The position numbers were made by a program, and so were the translations under genes. From a virus (lineage: Duplodnaviria; Caudoviricetes), in IMG/VR virus record IMGVR_UViG_3300026432_000013, positions 1 through 64,000 of that record: a stretch of DNA of 64,000 nt; one strand, written 5' to 3'. How positions within the stretch are numbered: position 1 is the stretch's first letter; each line of letters begins with the position of its first letter. Positions 25,442 through 34,845 of the stretch are shown one piece after another. The notes under the pieces are model-generated. The model did not search any database. It saw only the letters and a program-made list of their open reading frames with translations, and was not told the origin of the DNA.

Positions 25442-25591
25442 CTATTCTACCTCCTTGATATTATCAGACACTACTCTGCTACCATCCTCAAGCTGTATTA
25501 CATACTTGCCATTCTCACTGGCAACTAGGACTCCTGTGACTCTTACTCCGTCTACTATAGCTTCTACTACTCTCTTCTGTCCTTCCATCAT
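25442..25591 (-). CDS. 49-aa hypothetical protein
   Basis: Start reassigned to MMEGQ after SD AGGAGG. Confidence 0.75.
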   Translation of the reverse strand: MMEGQKRVVEAIVDGVRVTGVLVASENGKYVIQLEDGSRVVSDNIKEVE

Positions 25592-25669
25592 GCACCTCCT
25601 AATGTTACCAACTATAAAGAAATATATGAAGTTTGGATACAATTTCAAACAAGAGAAATCGTTATCAAA

Positions 25670-25750
25670 TCTAATAGGAAAGTTCTCGGAAAGGCAAACG
25701 GATTCGGGGGAAGTTCCCAATAGGAGAATGATTGGGAACTTCATTAGAAA
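25670..25750. repeat. Nested inverted repeats
   Basis: Perfect AAGTTCCCAAT-N9-ATTGGGAACTT (25711-25741) with a looser outer arm. Confidence 0.7.
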
Positions 25751-25808
25751 GTTTTGTAGGAGGGGAAAGGAGACGGAGGACAAAAAGAAAAGGACTCCCG
25801 TAGGAGTC

Positions 25809-26222
25809 CTAGTATGGTAGTATACTGTTCTTAAATCCACGTTCACTTTCAGGGGTTCTAGCAATGTAGAATGTGTGGTTAGAGTTATAGAACCTCTCAT
25901 TAGGGTTATCTACTAGTTTCCCATACCATTCATCTAGCATGCCATCACGGAAACCAAAGTTAGCCATATTGTCTTCTAGTTCCTCTGCAAAGAAGGCTGC
26001 TACTCTAATCTCTCTACCATTTCTCCCTACCTTATAGACAGAATACTCTGGTTTCATTATCTTAGGGTCACTTAACGGTGCGAAGCGTACAACGAATGCC
26101 TTACCAAAACGCTCCATGCATAACTCCCTTACCTCACCATTATGTATACGAATGAATCGCACTTCACAGTTATCATTAAGCATCTTCTGTATAGCCTCAT
26201 CGTTATTTGTTGATGCCAACAT
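25809..26222 (-). CDS. Hypothetical protein
   Basis: Operon-packed; terminator at 25783-25809. Confidence 0.75.
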   Translation of the reverse strand: MLASTNNDEAIQKMLNDNCEVRFIRIHNGEVRELCMERFGKAFVVRFAPLSDPKIMKPEYSVYKVGRNGREIRVAAFFAEELEDNMANFGFRDGMLDEWYGKLVDNPNERFYNSNHTFYIARTPESERGFKNSILPY

Positions 26223-26487
26223 TGCTATCCGCCCTTCCCATAATGGATTCTATGTGACCACACTCATCGCACTTGTAGTTAGCTTTCATGAATACTAGCT
26301 CTGTACTAGTGTCTACCCTCTCCCAATCACTTACACGAGTCATACGTTCATGTTCACACTCCATATATAGTTCCTTCTCTAGAGTGGATAGTTCCTTAGA
26401 CATCTCTGTCTCATTCTTCTTAGTCTCTTCTATCATGTGTCGTAACTCAAGTACCCTCTTTAACTTAGCATCTTTAACTGTATTCAT
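26203..26487 (-). CDS. Coiled-coil plus zinc-ribbon protein
   Basis: CEH...CDECGH. Confidence 0.75.
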   Translation of the reverse strand: MNTVKDAKLKRVLELRHMIEETKKNETEMSKELSTLEKELYMECEHERMTRVSDWERVDTSTELVFMKANYKCDECGHIESIMGRADSNVGINK

Positions 26488-26502
26488 AAAGCTTGTCCCC
26501 CT

Positions 26503-26763
26503 TTATTTTATGAGCCTAGTAGTAACCATCTCAGTGACATCAACCACTAGAGTAGTATCAATAATATCTCTATCGGACTTCCTCTGCTCCCAATCAGGAG
26601 TAATACTAACTACCTTCTGGTCTTTACCATCCTTAAACTTTAGTACAACCTCATCAAAATTACCACTATTGTCATCATGTATAATTATCTCTGCATCTAC
26701 TAACTCTAGACCTTTAATCATGTTTAGCAAATTAGCAAACTTTCTAGAAGATACTACTACCAT
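26503..26763 (-). CDS. Hypothetical protein
   Basis: Operon-packed ORF. Confidence 0.75.
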   Translation of the reverse strand: MVVVSSRKFANLLNMIKGLELVDAEIIIHDDNSGNFDEVVLKFKDGKDQKVVSITPDWEQRKSDRDIIDTTLVVDVTEMVTTRLIK

Positions 26764-27185
26764 TAGTTAATCACCTCTTCCACGTCTACTACCTGTACTC
26801 CTGGTGCAAACTCGCTATTGGCTTGTACCACCATATAAACCTCTGCTTTCAACACTGGTTCTAGGTTCATTAAGGCTAACACCAGTTCCCTAGAGAATAT
26901 CTCAGCATGTACGATTATAACATCAGGTACTGCTCCAAATACAGGGATCATACCCTTTACTACTGCCATCTCTGGGTTACTGGAGGTATCTGGTCTAATG
27001 GAGGTGACCATGAAGTTATCTTTATGCTCTGATAACTCACGTTTAGCAGCTCCAAAGCGCTCCCCTAGTTCATCTGCTAGGCTTGTCACAATCAAAGTAG
27101 CCTTACCCTCAACTGCCTTCTCCTTAGCGATATCAATTACCCTCTGGCTCTTACCAGACGCCACCTTACCAATGATTAGTTTCAT
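26763..27185 (-). CDS. Small P-loop NTPase-like protein
   Basis: LIIGKVASGKS Walker A at the N-terminus. Confidence 0.55.
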   Translation of the reverse strand: MKLIIGKVASGKSQRVIDIAKEKAVEGKATLIVTSLADELGERFGAAKRELSEHKDNFMVTSIRPDTSSNPEMAVVKGMIPVFGAVPDVIIVHAEIFSRELVLALMNLEPVLKAEVYMVVQANSEFAPGVQVVDVEEVIN

Positions 27186-27186
27186 A

Positions 27187-27489
27187 TTATTTCTCTCCCT
27201 CTTGTAGTTTTTTCATATATAGCTTATAAATCTTAGATACTTTAGATACACTAGACCCGCTAGAAAACCCTACGATTCGTACTGCTGGGTTGTGAGCATG
27301 TTCTAAATTCTCGTTGTATGTATTGCGTAGAAAGTTAAGTCTTGCAGTAAAGTTTTCCTTAGGGTCAATAATAAGCTGTGGTGCTGGGTGCTCTGGCATC
27401 ACCACTAATAGAGACATCCATTCTGCTCCCTCTAACATTGCTGAACGTATACACACAATCAAGTCTTCTTTACTATTTTCTAGTTTCAT
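27187..27489 (-). CDS. Conserved-looking phage hypothetical protein
   Basis: Operon-packed ORF. Confidence 0.75.
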   Translation of the reverse strand: MKLENSKEDLIVCIRSAMLEGAEWMSLLVVMPEHPAPQLIIDPKENFTARLNFLRNTYNENLEHAHNPAVRIVGFSSGSSVSKVSKIYKLYMKKLQEGEK

Positions 27490-27676
27490 CTAATCCCCTC
27501 CAGAGTTCATTATGCTCCTTTATCTGTCTAGCCTGTTCTCTGATGATATCTTCTTGCCTTCTTACCTGTATTTCTAGTTCTCTTATTCTACCTCGGTGTT
27601 CCTTGATAATCTTGTCCTTATGCCTATTATCTTGCTTGACTCTACCATATGCAATGCCTACTCCCCTACTATTCAT
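27473..27676 (-). CDS. Coiled-coil hypothetical protein
   Basis: SD GGGGAGAGG. Confidence 0.7.
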   Translation of the reverse strand: MNSRGVGIAYGRVKQDNRHKDKIIKEHRGRIRELEIQVRRQEDIIREQARQIKEHNELWRGLDETRK

Positions 27677-27753
27677 ATTCCTCTCCCCTTTTAACTCAGA
27701 GCCTTAGACTCTCTATAATACTCACCCCCTAAGGGGCAAGCATCTAACAAAGT

Positions 27754-28014
27754 CTACTTCTTCTCCATACCACGTATCACATTAATCTCTAATGCTATCC
27801 ACAATAAACCAAAAGTGACTACTACTGCTACATGTCGTATCATTTGCATAATTGACTCACTAGACAATTGGGTAGCCTGCATAGCAGACTGTGCATCTTC
27901 TACCCTGGTGTTATAAATATCAATCATATCTTTCACATTACCCAAGTAGATAAATAACATCAGTATAGATGCTGCTCGTATTGCCCATGGAATATACTTG
28001 ATGAAGCCTTTCAT
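27754..28014 (-). CDS. Membrane protein (2 TM)
   Basis: Hydrophobic segments. Confidence 0.75.
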   Translation of the reverse strand: MKGFIKYIPWAIRAASILMLFIYLGNVKDMIDIYNTRVEDAQSAMQATQLSSESIMQMIRHVAVVVTFGLLWIALEINVIRGMEKK

Positions 28015-28016
28015 AA

Positions 28017-28208
28017 CTATACCCCCATAAGTTTTGTCTGGTCATTCAACTGGTTGCGAAGGGTATAGAGGTTAGCTTTAGCTTGTTGTTTGGCTTGGTC
28101 ATCTTTAGACTGCATAGCATCAAATAAAGCCTGTAACTGGTAATCAATATCTATCTTAATCACATTCAACTTTACTACAGCTTCTCTTCTCCCTTTCATA
28201 GAACACAC
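28017..28208 (-). CDS. Small helical hypothetical protein
   Basis: SD AAGGAG. Confidence 0.7.
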   Translation of the reverse strand: MCSMKGRREAVVKLNVIKIDIDYQLQALFDAMQSKDDQAKQQAKANLYTLRNQLNDQTKLMGV

Positions 28209-28277
28209 TCCTTTTTATATTAGACTATGTGTGGTCTCTTGATGTTAGAACCAAATATTGTGTATCCTCACCAGTTG

Positions 28278-28469
28278 TCAAACATCTCTACTGCTCCACT
28301 TCTTGACTACTAAACTCTCCAACGTACTCTCATGCTCTGACCTAGTAATATTACGAAACACTTTGTTCTGTACTCGCTTCAGCAAAGTCTTATAGCCGTG
28401 CTTATTCTTCCTCATGGCTTCACTTACTTCTAGCTGAAAAGCTATCAAAGTGTCCTTACGCTTCCCCAC
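28278..28469 (-). CDS. Basic hypothetical protein
   Basis: GTG start after SD AAGGGGGTG. Confidence 0.6.
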   Translation of the reverse strand: MGKRKDTLIAFQLEVSEAMRKNKHGYKTLLKRVQNKVFRNITRSEHESTLESLVVKKWSSRDV

Positions 28470-28491
28470 AGGTCTCACCCCCTTTAGGGGA

Positions 28492-28614
28492 CTAGCTATT
28501 GAATAATCTACGGAATAGTGAGAAAGGAGACAGGACGGGGTTACGTCCTGACTTCTCATAGTAGTGATAGTTACGTAATGCTCTAGCTAATCCACCCATA
28601 ATATTGTTATCCAT
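28492..28614 (-). CDS. 40-aa hypothetical peptide (not in ORF track)
   Basis: SD AGGAGG; MDNNIMGGLARALRNYHYYEK... Confidence 0.6.
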   Translation of the reverse strand: MDNNIMGGLARALRNYHYYEKSGRNPVLSPFSLFRRLFNS

Positions 28615-28626
28615 AATAATTTCCTC

Positions 28627-28881
28627 CTACTCCAACGTATCTTTACGTTTATCTATGCAACTGTTACAGGCAACCTTACCTGCATTGTCTACTTCCTTAC
28701 CACAATACTTGCACTCTTCAGGTAAGTCATCGTGCATCCACTTATCTGAACCATTCTCATCTAAGCCTTCTCTAACTTGCTTAATTGTACCCTCTTCGTA
28801 GTTGACTTCTAATACTAGTCTACCCTTTACAGGAATACCCCTCATTCTACGAAAATGCATAATCATTTGGTCAGCCATCAC
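28627..28881 (-). CDS. Zinc-finger hypothetical protein
   Basis: CKYC...CNSC. Confidence 0.75.
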   Translation of the reverse strand: MMADQMIMHFRRMRGIPVKGRLVLEVNYEEGTIKQVREGLDENGSDKWMHDDLPEECKYCGKEVDNAGKVACNSCIDKRKDTLE

Positions 28882-28883
28882 AG

Positions 28884-29183
28884 TTACCTCCTTAGTAGGT
28901 TCTCTTGACTACGAGCATATTCCACTAACGCTGGATACTTTCTATAAAAGTCAGATACAAACTTGATAGCTGACTCCCCATCTGGTAAACCTGTAGCCTT
29001 TAATACTGTTTCTATCTCACTAGCTAACATCTGGTCAAAAAGGTCACCCTTAACTGGTACTGATGCTACTCCCTTACGACTACTCTTAGCTGTAAACTCA
29101 ATCACGTTTGTCATACAGACACTCTCCTTTGGATTAATAAAACGAGGACGATTAAATTGTTCTCTTCTCGGTATTAACGTCAA
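28884..29183 (-). CDS. Hypothetical protein
   Basis: True start likely MTNVI near 29114. Confidence 0.7.
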   Translation of the reverse strand: MTLIPRREQFNRPRFINPKESVCMTNVIEFTAKSSRKGVASVPVKGDLFDQMLASEIETVLKATGLPDGESAIKFVSDFYRKYPALVEYARSQENLLRR

Positions 29184-29532
29184 CTATTACGTCACCTAGA
29201 CACTCATAATAACTTTTCAATAGCTCTACAGAAATTTCTACGTCCCTTACGCATCCACATTTGACAACCTCTTCTGTATCAGGAAGTATCTCATCAGTTA
29301 GTTTTATAAGGTAATGACCTTCAGGCATCTCTATAACATTAAGCCACTTAGGGGCTTCATACTTTCCAGGTTTAAGGTCAACCCATTCCCAGTTATCATG
29401 GATAGGGGTACCGATGTTCTTCCAGTACCCGTGCTCTGTCCACTTACGCTTACGATGATCATACTGCTTACGTAAATCTCGCTCATAAGCCTTCCCACCC
29501 AACCGTCTAAAGAAATCTCCAAAGAGACCCAT
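29152..29532 (-). CDS. Hypothetical protein
   Basis: SD AGGAGG. Confidence 0.75.
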   Translation of the reverse strand: MGLFGDFFRRLGGKAYERDLRKQYDHRKRKWTEHGYWKNIGTPIHDNWEWVDLKPGKYEAPKWLNVIEMPEGHYLIKLTDEILPDTEEVVKCGCVRDVEISVELLKSYYECLGDVIVDVNTEKRTI

Positions 29533-29551
29533 AGACCCCCACCTCCTATGT

Positions 29552-29956
29552 TTATAGTACTGTAGTCTTGAATGTTACAGAAGGCTTCTTAATCTTAAAC
29601 TCATCACACATCTTTCTAGATAGCTTCTTCTCTTTGATAAATCCCTCTACCATATCCTTGTTGACTACAATCTCCTTACACTGACGTGCCAACCCAGCAG
29701 GGATAGCAGTTAGTAATGAAGGGTCATACGTAGTGTACAAAGCATTCTGCACTACTCTCTCACCCTCTTGTAGCTCAACTCCACCACCATTAGTACCTGA
29801 TATAGCGTACACCTGACGTGCTTCCATTTCATCTTCTATAAGACCACGTAATCTTTTCAATTCTTTCTCTAGAGTTTTAGATGCCTCATATATCTTTAGA
29901 TATTGGTCTACATGTGCCTGCATTTGTTTAGTGATAATACGTTGTTTTACTGCCAT
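29552..29956 (-). CDS. Coiled-coil hypothetical protein
   Basis: SD AAAGGAG; promoter TTGACT-N17-CAAAAT at about 30070-30100. Confidence 0.75.
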   Translation of the reverse strand: MAVKQRIITKQMQAHVDQYLKIYEASKTLEKELKRLRGLIEDEMEARQVYAISGTNGGGVELQEGERVVQNALYTTYDPSLLTAIPAGLARQCKEIVVNKDMVEGFIKEKKLSRKMCDEFKIKKPSVTFKTTVL

Positions 29957-30114
29957 TATAACCAGCTCCTTTTATCTTTGGTATCTTTTGAAGTTAGTTT
30001 GCCCGAAGAACGGAATCTCCATCCTTAGCTACTCCGTAGAGTGAACCAACCAACTCAACTTGATGACTTCATTTTGAAGGAAACCACCCCAGAAGTCAAA
30101 CAAATGAAAAGGAA

Positions 30115-30867
30115 CTAGGCTGAAGTACCTAGTTCCTTATTGATTTCCGCTATTGTTCTCCCAAGAGGGGCGTTTATAACTACATCAGCTATATGGTCTA
30201 GCTGTGTCTCGTCATTATTAATGATTACTAAGCTTCCACCATTCTTCTTAGTGTAGGCAGGTAGAATAGCTGCTGGGGTTACCTGTAGGGAAGAACCCAT
30301 TACAATAGTAAGGTCAGCATTCTGCACCGCAGATAATGATAAGGCTAAAGTGTTCTGGGATAACTGCTCGTTAAATAGAACGATGTTAGGTCTAAGAAGT
30401 CCACCACAATGAGGACATCTGATGTTATGCAGGTAATAAGAACTAGGAGTACTCTTTTTACATGCAGAGCAGAAGCAACTAGCTAAATCACCATGCAACA
30501 TATGCACAGGAATCTTAGCAGTATTGACTTGGCTATGATATCCATCAACATTCTGGGTGATAATGTGATGTACCAGTCCTTGCTCAGCCCAGTCATTAAT
30601 ACACATATAAGACTCATCAGGCTCATTACTTAACACTTGACCAATTCTCTCTCTATAGTACTCAGTAAATTCAAAGGTGCTATCCCACAACCCTCTAGTA
30701 GTAGCTAATTCTTGAATACGTCTGTTTTTGTAGAGACCGCTAGAGCTTCTAAAATCCTGTAGCCCGCATTCGGTTGAAAGTCCAGCCCCACTCAACACCA
30801 CCGTCTTCTTGCTCCCCTTTAGCAACTCACTAACCTTCTTGATAGTCTCCTCATATACCTTGTTCAT
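30115..30867 (-). CDS. Sir2/CobB-family NAD-dependent deacylase
   Basis: SGAGLSTECGLQDFRS, ITQNVDG, HG..CSAC..CPHC, RPNIVLF, GSSLQV. Confidence 0.92.
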   Translation of the reverse strand: MNKVYEETIKKVSELLKGSKKTVVLSGAGLSTECGLQDFRSSSGLYKNRRIQELATTRGLWDSTFEFTEYYRERIGQVLSNEPDESYMCINDWAEQGLVHHIITQNVDGYHSQVNTAKIPVHMLHGDLASCFCSACKKSTPSSYYLHNIRCPHCGGLLRPNIVLFNEQLSQNTLALSLSAVQNADLTIVMGSSLQVTPAAILPAYTKKNGGSLVIINNDETQLDHIADVVINAPLGRTIAEINKELGTSA

Positions 30868-31068
30868 CTGAACCTCTCCTTTTTCTCGGTTGTCTTTTCT
30901 ACCAAACTATATCTAGTTCTGCTTCTAGCTTCTTACATGCATGACACAAGCCATCTTCCACCTCATCAGGCTGGGTATCACTAAACTTTGGTGAGGAAGT
31001 GTATGGATGATAACAATTAGTACACTTAACTAACGTATACCCCTCTTCTAAGAAAGCAAGAGGGGGAA

Positions 31069-33102
31069 TTACTCCCCCACTATACCTCTCATCATAGCCT
31101 CTTCTTGCTCTCTAATATGTTGATATACTCGGCTATCATACTCTTCATTAACTGCTTTGGCACTAAAGGCACTCATGCCTAGCTCTTTAGCAAAGCGACT
31201 CACCATACAACGTCTACCATTATAAGATTGTAGGCAAGAGATATATACTTCACTCTCTGCTCTTGTAATACCAACATATAACAATCTACGCTCTTCCTCA
31301 ATAGCCAAAGGCTTACCATCATTTTCTGACTCTACTGCTCTAAAGTGAGGCAATACTCCTTCAGACACACCCACACAGAATGCTACAGGGAACTCAAGAC
31401 CCTTACTCTTATGGATAGTCATTAGCTGAACACCGTCAATACTATGTTTAGCTTGAGAAGTCATCATCTCAATATAGCCTAGGAAGTCCTCAACGTTCTC
31501 ATAACGGTCTAACACGTACTTTAATGTCTCAATATTCTCTAGACGGTTACTTTCTTCCTCATCGTCCTCACCTAGGATATACTCACGGTACCCAGCATTG
31601 TCTAATAAATGATTTACTAAATCAGTAGGAGTACTATCCTTACGTAGAAGCTCTTGTAGTTCTCTCACTACTGCTGTAAAGCTTAGAATACCATTAGTTT
31701 CATAACCTTTAAGAGATAACTTACCAGAAGTAATAGCTTCCCAATGTGAGCCATCATATGACTTAACCTTCTCAAAGAACACTTTACCTAGATAACGACT
31801 TGGAACGTTATACACACGCTTGAACGCTGTATCTGCATGAGGGTCAATAGCCAGTTTAAGGTAAGATACAATGTCCTTAATCTCCTTACGCTCATAGAAG
31901 GAAATACCTCCATGGATAACATATGGTAGACCTGACATGATTAGCTCATCTTCTAGAGCACGAGATTGAGAATTAGTACGGTAAAGGATAGCAATGTCCT
32001 TATGACCTCTACCTTTCTTCTCTATCTGAATCTTGATATCATCTACTACCTGTTTAGCTTCCTCTGTCTCATCTCTGAATACAGATAATGCTGTACAATC
32101 ACTGTTATCTTGCTTATGTGCTTTAAGCGTTTTCTTGATACGCTTAGTGTTATGTTTAATCAGATTGTTAGCAATCTGTAGAATAGCTGGGTTACTACGG
32201 TAGTTGTCTTCTAATGCAATGGACTGTACATTCTTGTATGAAGAGCTAAACTCTATAAACTGTTCTGGTTTAGCACCACGGAAACCGTACATAGACTGGT
32301 CGTCATCACCTACGATAAATAAGTTATTCTCTGGATAAGCTAGCATGCTCATTAGCTCATACTGTAATGAGTTGCTATCTTGTGCTTCATCCACTAGTAT
32401 GTATTTGTAGATGTCTTGGTACTTTTTAAGTACTTCTGGGTGCTCCTTAAACAGCTTCCATAGAAGGTATAGCATGTCGTCACCATCAATCTTATCTTGG
32501 CTCTGCTTAGTAATCTCATAGCGTCTGAAGAACTCGATATAGCAATCCATTCTAGTACCCTTACCACTATTCTCTTCTTCAAAGTCTTGGTAGTTCTGAC
32601 CATTATTCTTAGTCAATCCTACTACCTTCAGTAATCCTGGGATAGGCATGTCTCTTAGCTCTTCTTTGATACTGAACTCAATTGTTCTATCCATCATGAT
32701 AGCCTTGACTATACTCTCAGCAAAGTACTTTTGAGAGTTACCCATTAGTACTCCATCCTTCTTCTTAAATGCCCACATTCTAGAGTCACCTAACGCTTCA
32801 TACTCTTTCTTCAAGATGCGGTAACCAATAGAGTGTGTAGTACCAATTGTTAACTGCATTAGCTTCATCTGGGGGATAAGCTTAGACAGACGCTCTTCCA
32901 TCTCTTCACTAGCCTTCTTAGTGAATGTTGTCATCATGATATGCTTAGGCTTGATTTTAAGGTCAGTAATCATGTGTGCTACACGGTGTGTTAGAACACG
33001 AGTCTTACCACTACCTGCTACTGCATTGATTTGTACACGACCTTCTACTGCTAATACTGCTGTTTCTTGGCTTGGGTTTAACCCATCAATAAATTTACTC
33101 AC
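31069..33102 (-). CDS. UvrD/PcrA SF1 helicase
   Basis: AVAGSGKT, VDEAQD, VGDDDQS..FRGA, NYRS, TIHKSKGLEF, EERRLLYVGITRA. Confidence 0.95.
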   Translation of the reverse strand: MSKFIDGLNPSQETAVLAVEGRVQINAVAGSGKTRVLTHRVAHMITDLKIKPKHIMMTTFTKKASEEMEERLSKLIPQMKLMQLTIGTTHSIGYRILKKEYEALGDSRMWAFKKKDGVLMGNSQKYFAESIVKAIMMDRTIEFSIKEELRDMPIPGLLKVVGLTKNNGQNYQDFEEENSGKGTRMDCYIEFFRRYEITKQSQDKIDGDDMLYLLWKLFKEHPEVLKKYQDIYKYILVDEAQDSNSLQYELMSMLAYPENNLFIVGDDDQSMYGFRGAKPEQFIEFSSSYKNVQSIALEDNYRSNPAILQIANNLIKHNTKRIKKTLKAHKQDNSDCTALSVFRDETEEAKQVVDDIKIQIEKKGRGHKDIAILYRTNSQSRALEDELIMSGLPYVIHGGISFYERKEIKDIVSYLKLAIDPHADTAFKRVYNVPSRYLGKVFFEKVKSYDGSHWEAITSGKLSLKGYETNGILSFTAVVRELQELLRKDSTPTDLVNHLLDNAGYREYILGEDDEEESNRLENIETLKYVLDRYENVEDFLGYIEMMTSQAKHSIDGVQLMTIHKSKGLEFPVAFCVGVSEGVLPHFRAVESENDGKPLAIEEERRLLYVGITRAESEVYISCLQSYNGRRCMVSRFAKELGMSAFSAKAVNEEYDSRVYQHIREQEEAMMRGIVGE

Positions 33103-33161
33103 TAGTACCCTCTCCTTTTAGCTCTGGTCTAGAGGAAGGAGGTTCTCCCTCTCACAAGACC

Positions 33162-33197
33162 ATTTTCTCACGACTGGAAACAGAAATCAAGGACGTT
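33162..33197 (-). promoter_or_regulatory. AACGTCC-class promoter upstream of the helicase
   Basis: AACGTCC-TTGATT-N17(CGTG)-GAAAAT. Confidence 0.7.
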
Positions 33198-33813
33198 CCG
33201 TAGGCTCAAGCTCTACAGTGTCAGGAACAAGCTGAACTATCCCTTTAACCATCCACTCCTGTATTAGGTCAGAAGTAGTTGCCATCTTCCTATGTTTTAC
33301 GTAGTCCCCTTGAGGATGTATAGAATATATCATACCCTCTATAACTATATCACCTTCCCTATTCGCATTTACTACACAGTACTTATTGTCTGGTTTAAGG
33401 AAGAACTCATTAGTTACAGGTACGGGAACACCAACTTCAAACACAGTTAGGTACTTGACCTCAGCTATCTGCTCCGTAGTAGTTAACTCCTTCAGCTCTA
33501 TCTTACGGATATAATTAGACAGACAACGATTGTTTATACAGAAGTAGTATACAGGGACACCAATGTTCTTCCAGTCACCATTACCTAACAATCCACCCCT
33601 ACTCGTGCCTCCTACATGGAGGTTGCCCACTATTTCTAGGTAGCTCTCCTGATGAGTAAGGTGCTGACAGTTACACTCATGACAGTTAACAAACTCCACT
33701 ATCTCATCATTATACTGAATGACCTCTAGCTCCCCTGTAGATTTAAGTACAGCCTTTCTAGGCTTGTTTTGCATCTTCAACCCTGTTAACTCTTCAGTAT
33801 TATTAGTTCCCAT
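33187..33813 (-). CDS. Zinc-binding hypothetical protein
   Basis: CHEC..H...FC....C, shared with 34170..34424. Confidence 0.75.
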   Translation of the reverse strand: MGTNNTEELTGLKMQNKPRKAVLKSTGELEVIQYNDEIVEFVNCHECNCQHLTHQESYLEIVGNLHVGGTSRGGLLGNGDWKNIGVPVYYFCINNRCLSNYIRKIELKELTTTEQIAEVKYLTVFEVGVPVPVTNEFFLKPDNKYCVVNANREGDIVIEGMIYSIHPQGDYVKHRKMATTSDLIQEWMVKGIVQLVPDTVELEPTERP

Positions 33814-33826
33814 TGTTTACATCCTC

Positions 33827-34192
33827 CTATATAATTCCTATTATATTTTTCATTTCTTCCTCAGACCAGTGGAACGTACCTTCTGATACCTCTCCTTGTA
33901 TGCCACAAGGGGTGTCAAACACCCAGTGTACATCTTCAAAGTACACTCCATAGATAGTTTCATCTTCTCTTATGATTGCCTCTTTTATTGTTCCTAGAGT
34001 ACCTTGTGGTAGGAAAGAACCAAGGTCATCTACATAGTGCTCTTTAGCAACTGCAATTTTCGTACCTATTATTCTGATACATTTCACCTGATATATAGGT
34101 TCAGTCTCTGGTTCTATAGATACCTGCCACGGTCTCTCCCCTATTTCTCTTACCTCTTTCTTCTTAGCTTTATCGAATGCCATTGTCTGCAT
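33827..34192 (-). CDS. SH3-like hypothetical protein
   Basis: LPQGTLGTI...YGVYF. Confidence 0.7.
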   Translation of the reverse strand: MQTMAFDKAKKKEVREIGERPWQVSIEPETEPIYQVKCIRIIGTKIAVAKEHYVDDLGSFLPQGTLGTIKEAIIREDETIYGVYFEDVHWVFDTPCGIQGEVSEGTFHWSEEEMKNIIGII

Positions 34193-34424
34193 CCTCCTTC
34201 TTAGCTTTGATATGTTTCATAAGACAATCCTTGTCAGCACAAAAGTTAGCTGAAGGTAGTTCTTCATGATCACATTTACCAGAGCAGTTGGCATCCAGTA
34301 CCTCCTGATTACCTTGATAGATATACCCCTGAACCTGGATATAAGTGGTTCTATCTGCTTCATGCCTCTCTTTACATTGCCAGCATCTAACTACACCCTT
34401 CATCAATAACCCCTCCAGTACCAA
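34170..34424 (-). CDS. Zinc-binding hypothetical protein
   Basis: CWQC..H...FC....C. Confidence 0.7.
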   Translation of the reverse strand: MVLEGLLMKGVVRCWQCKERHEADRTTYIQVQGYIYQGNQEVLDANCSGKCDHEELPSANFCADKDCLMKHIKAKKEDADNGIR

Positions 34425-34834
34425 ACTTGGACTTGTGTAAAGTAGCCTAGTTGAGTATTAGACTTCTTATAAGAACGTCCACCAGAGAATGGGTGGTTAG
34501 TGAACTCCCATAGCTCTCTTTCAGCTTCCTTAAATTCCTCACTATCCTCTTTCCATCTCAGCTCTAATCCTAACCATCTCTTATCCTTAATTACTTCCCT
34601 TGGTAGATTATCTGTTAGTTGTGAACCACACTCACTACAGTAGTTACCCTTTCTCTCTTTATTACATCTTCTACACCCCTTAACATGGTCATAGGTAACT
34701 GTTTGGAATCTAGCAAAGATTTCCTTACCCTCCATTAGCTTCTGGAATGCTTTCTCTGTTGTTAGCTTAATTAATTTCTCTCCCTTATCTAAGTCCCCAT
34801 TACTTATAGTTACATTTCTGTGATTCAGTCCCAT
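34403..34834 (-). CDS. Double zinc-ribbon hypothetical protein
   Basis: CRRC...CSECG. Confidence 0.75.
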   Translation of the reverse strand: MGLNHRNVTISNGDLDKGEKLIKLTTEKAFQKLMEGKEIFARFQTVTYDHVKGCRRCNKERKGNYCSECGSQLTDNLPREVIKDKRWLGLELRWKEDSEEFKEAERELWEFTNHPFSGGRSYKKSNTQLGYFTQVQVWYWRGY

Positions 34835-34845
34835 TTTATGTCCTC

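Noticed and set aside
25670-25750. FRT-like recombination site
   Set aside because: Only superficial GAAGTTCC similarity; spacer and arms do not match, and no tyrosine recombinase is in the window
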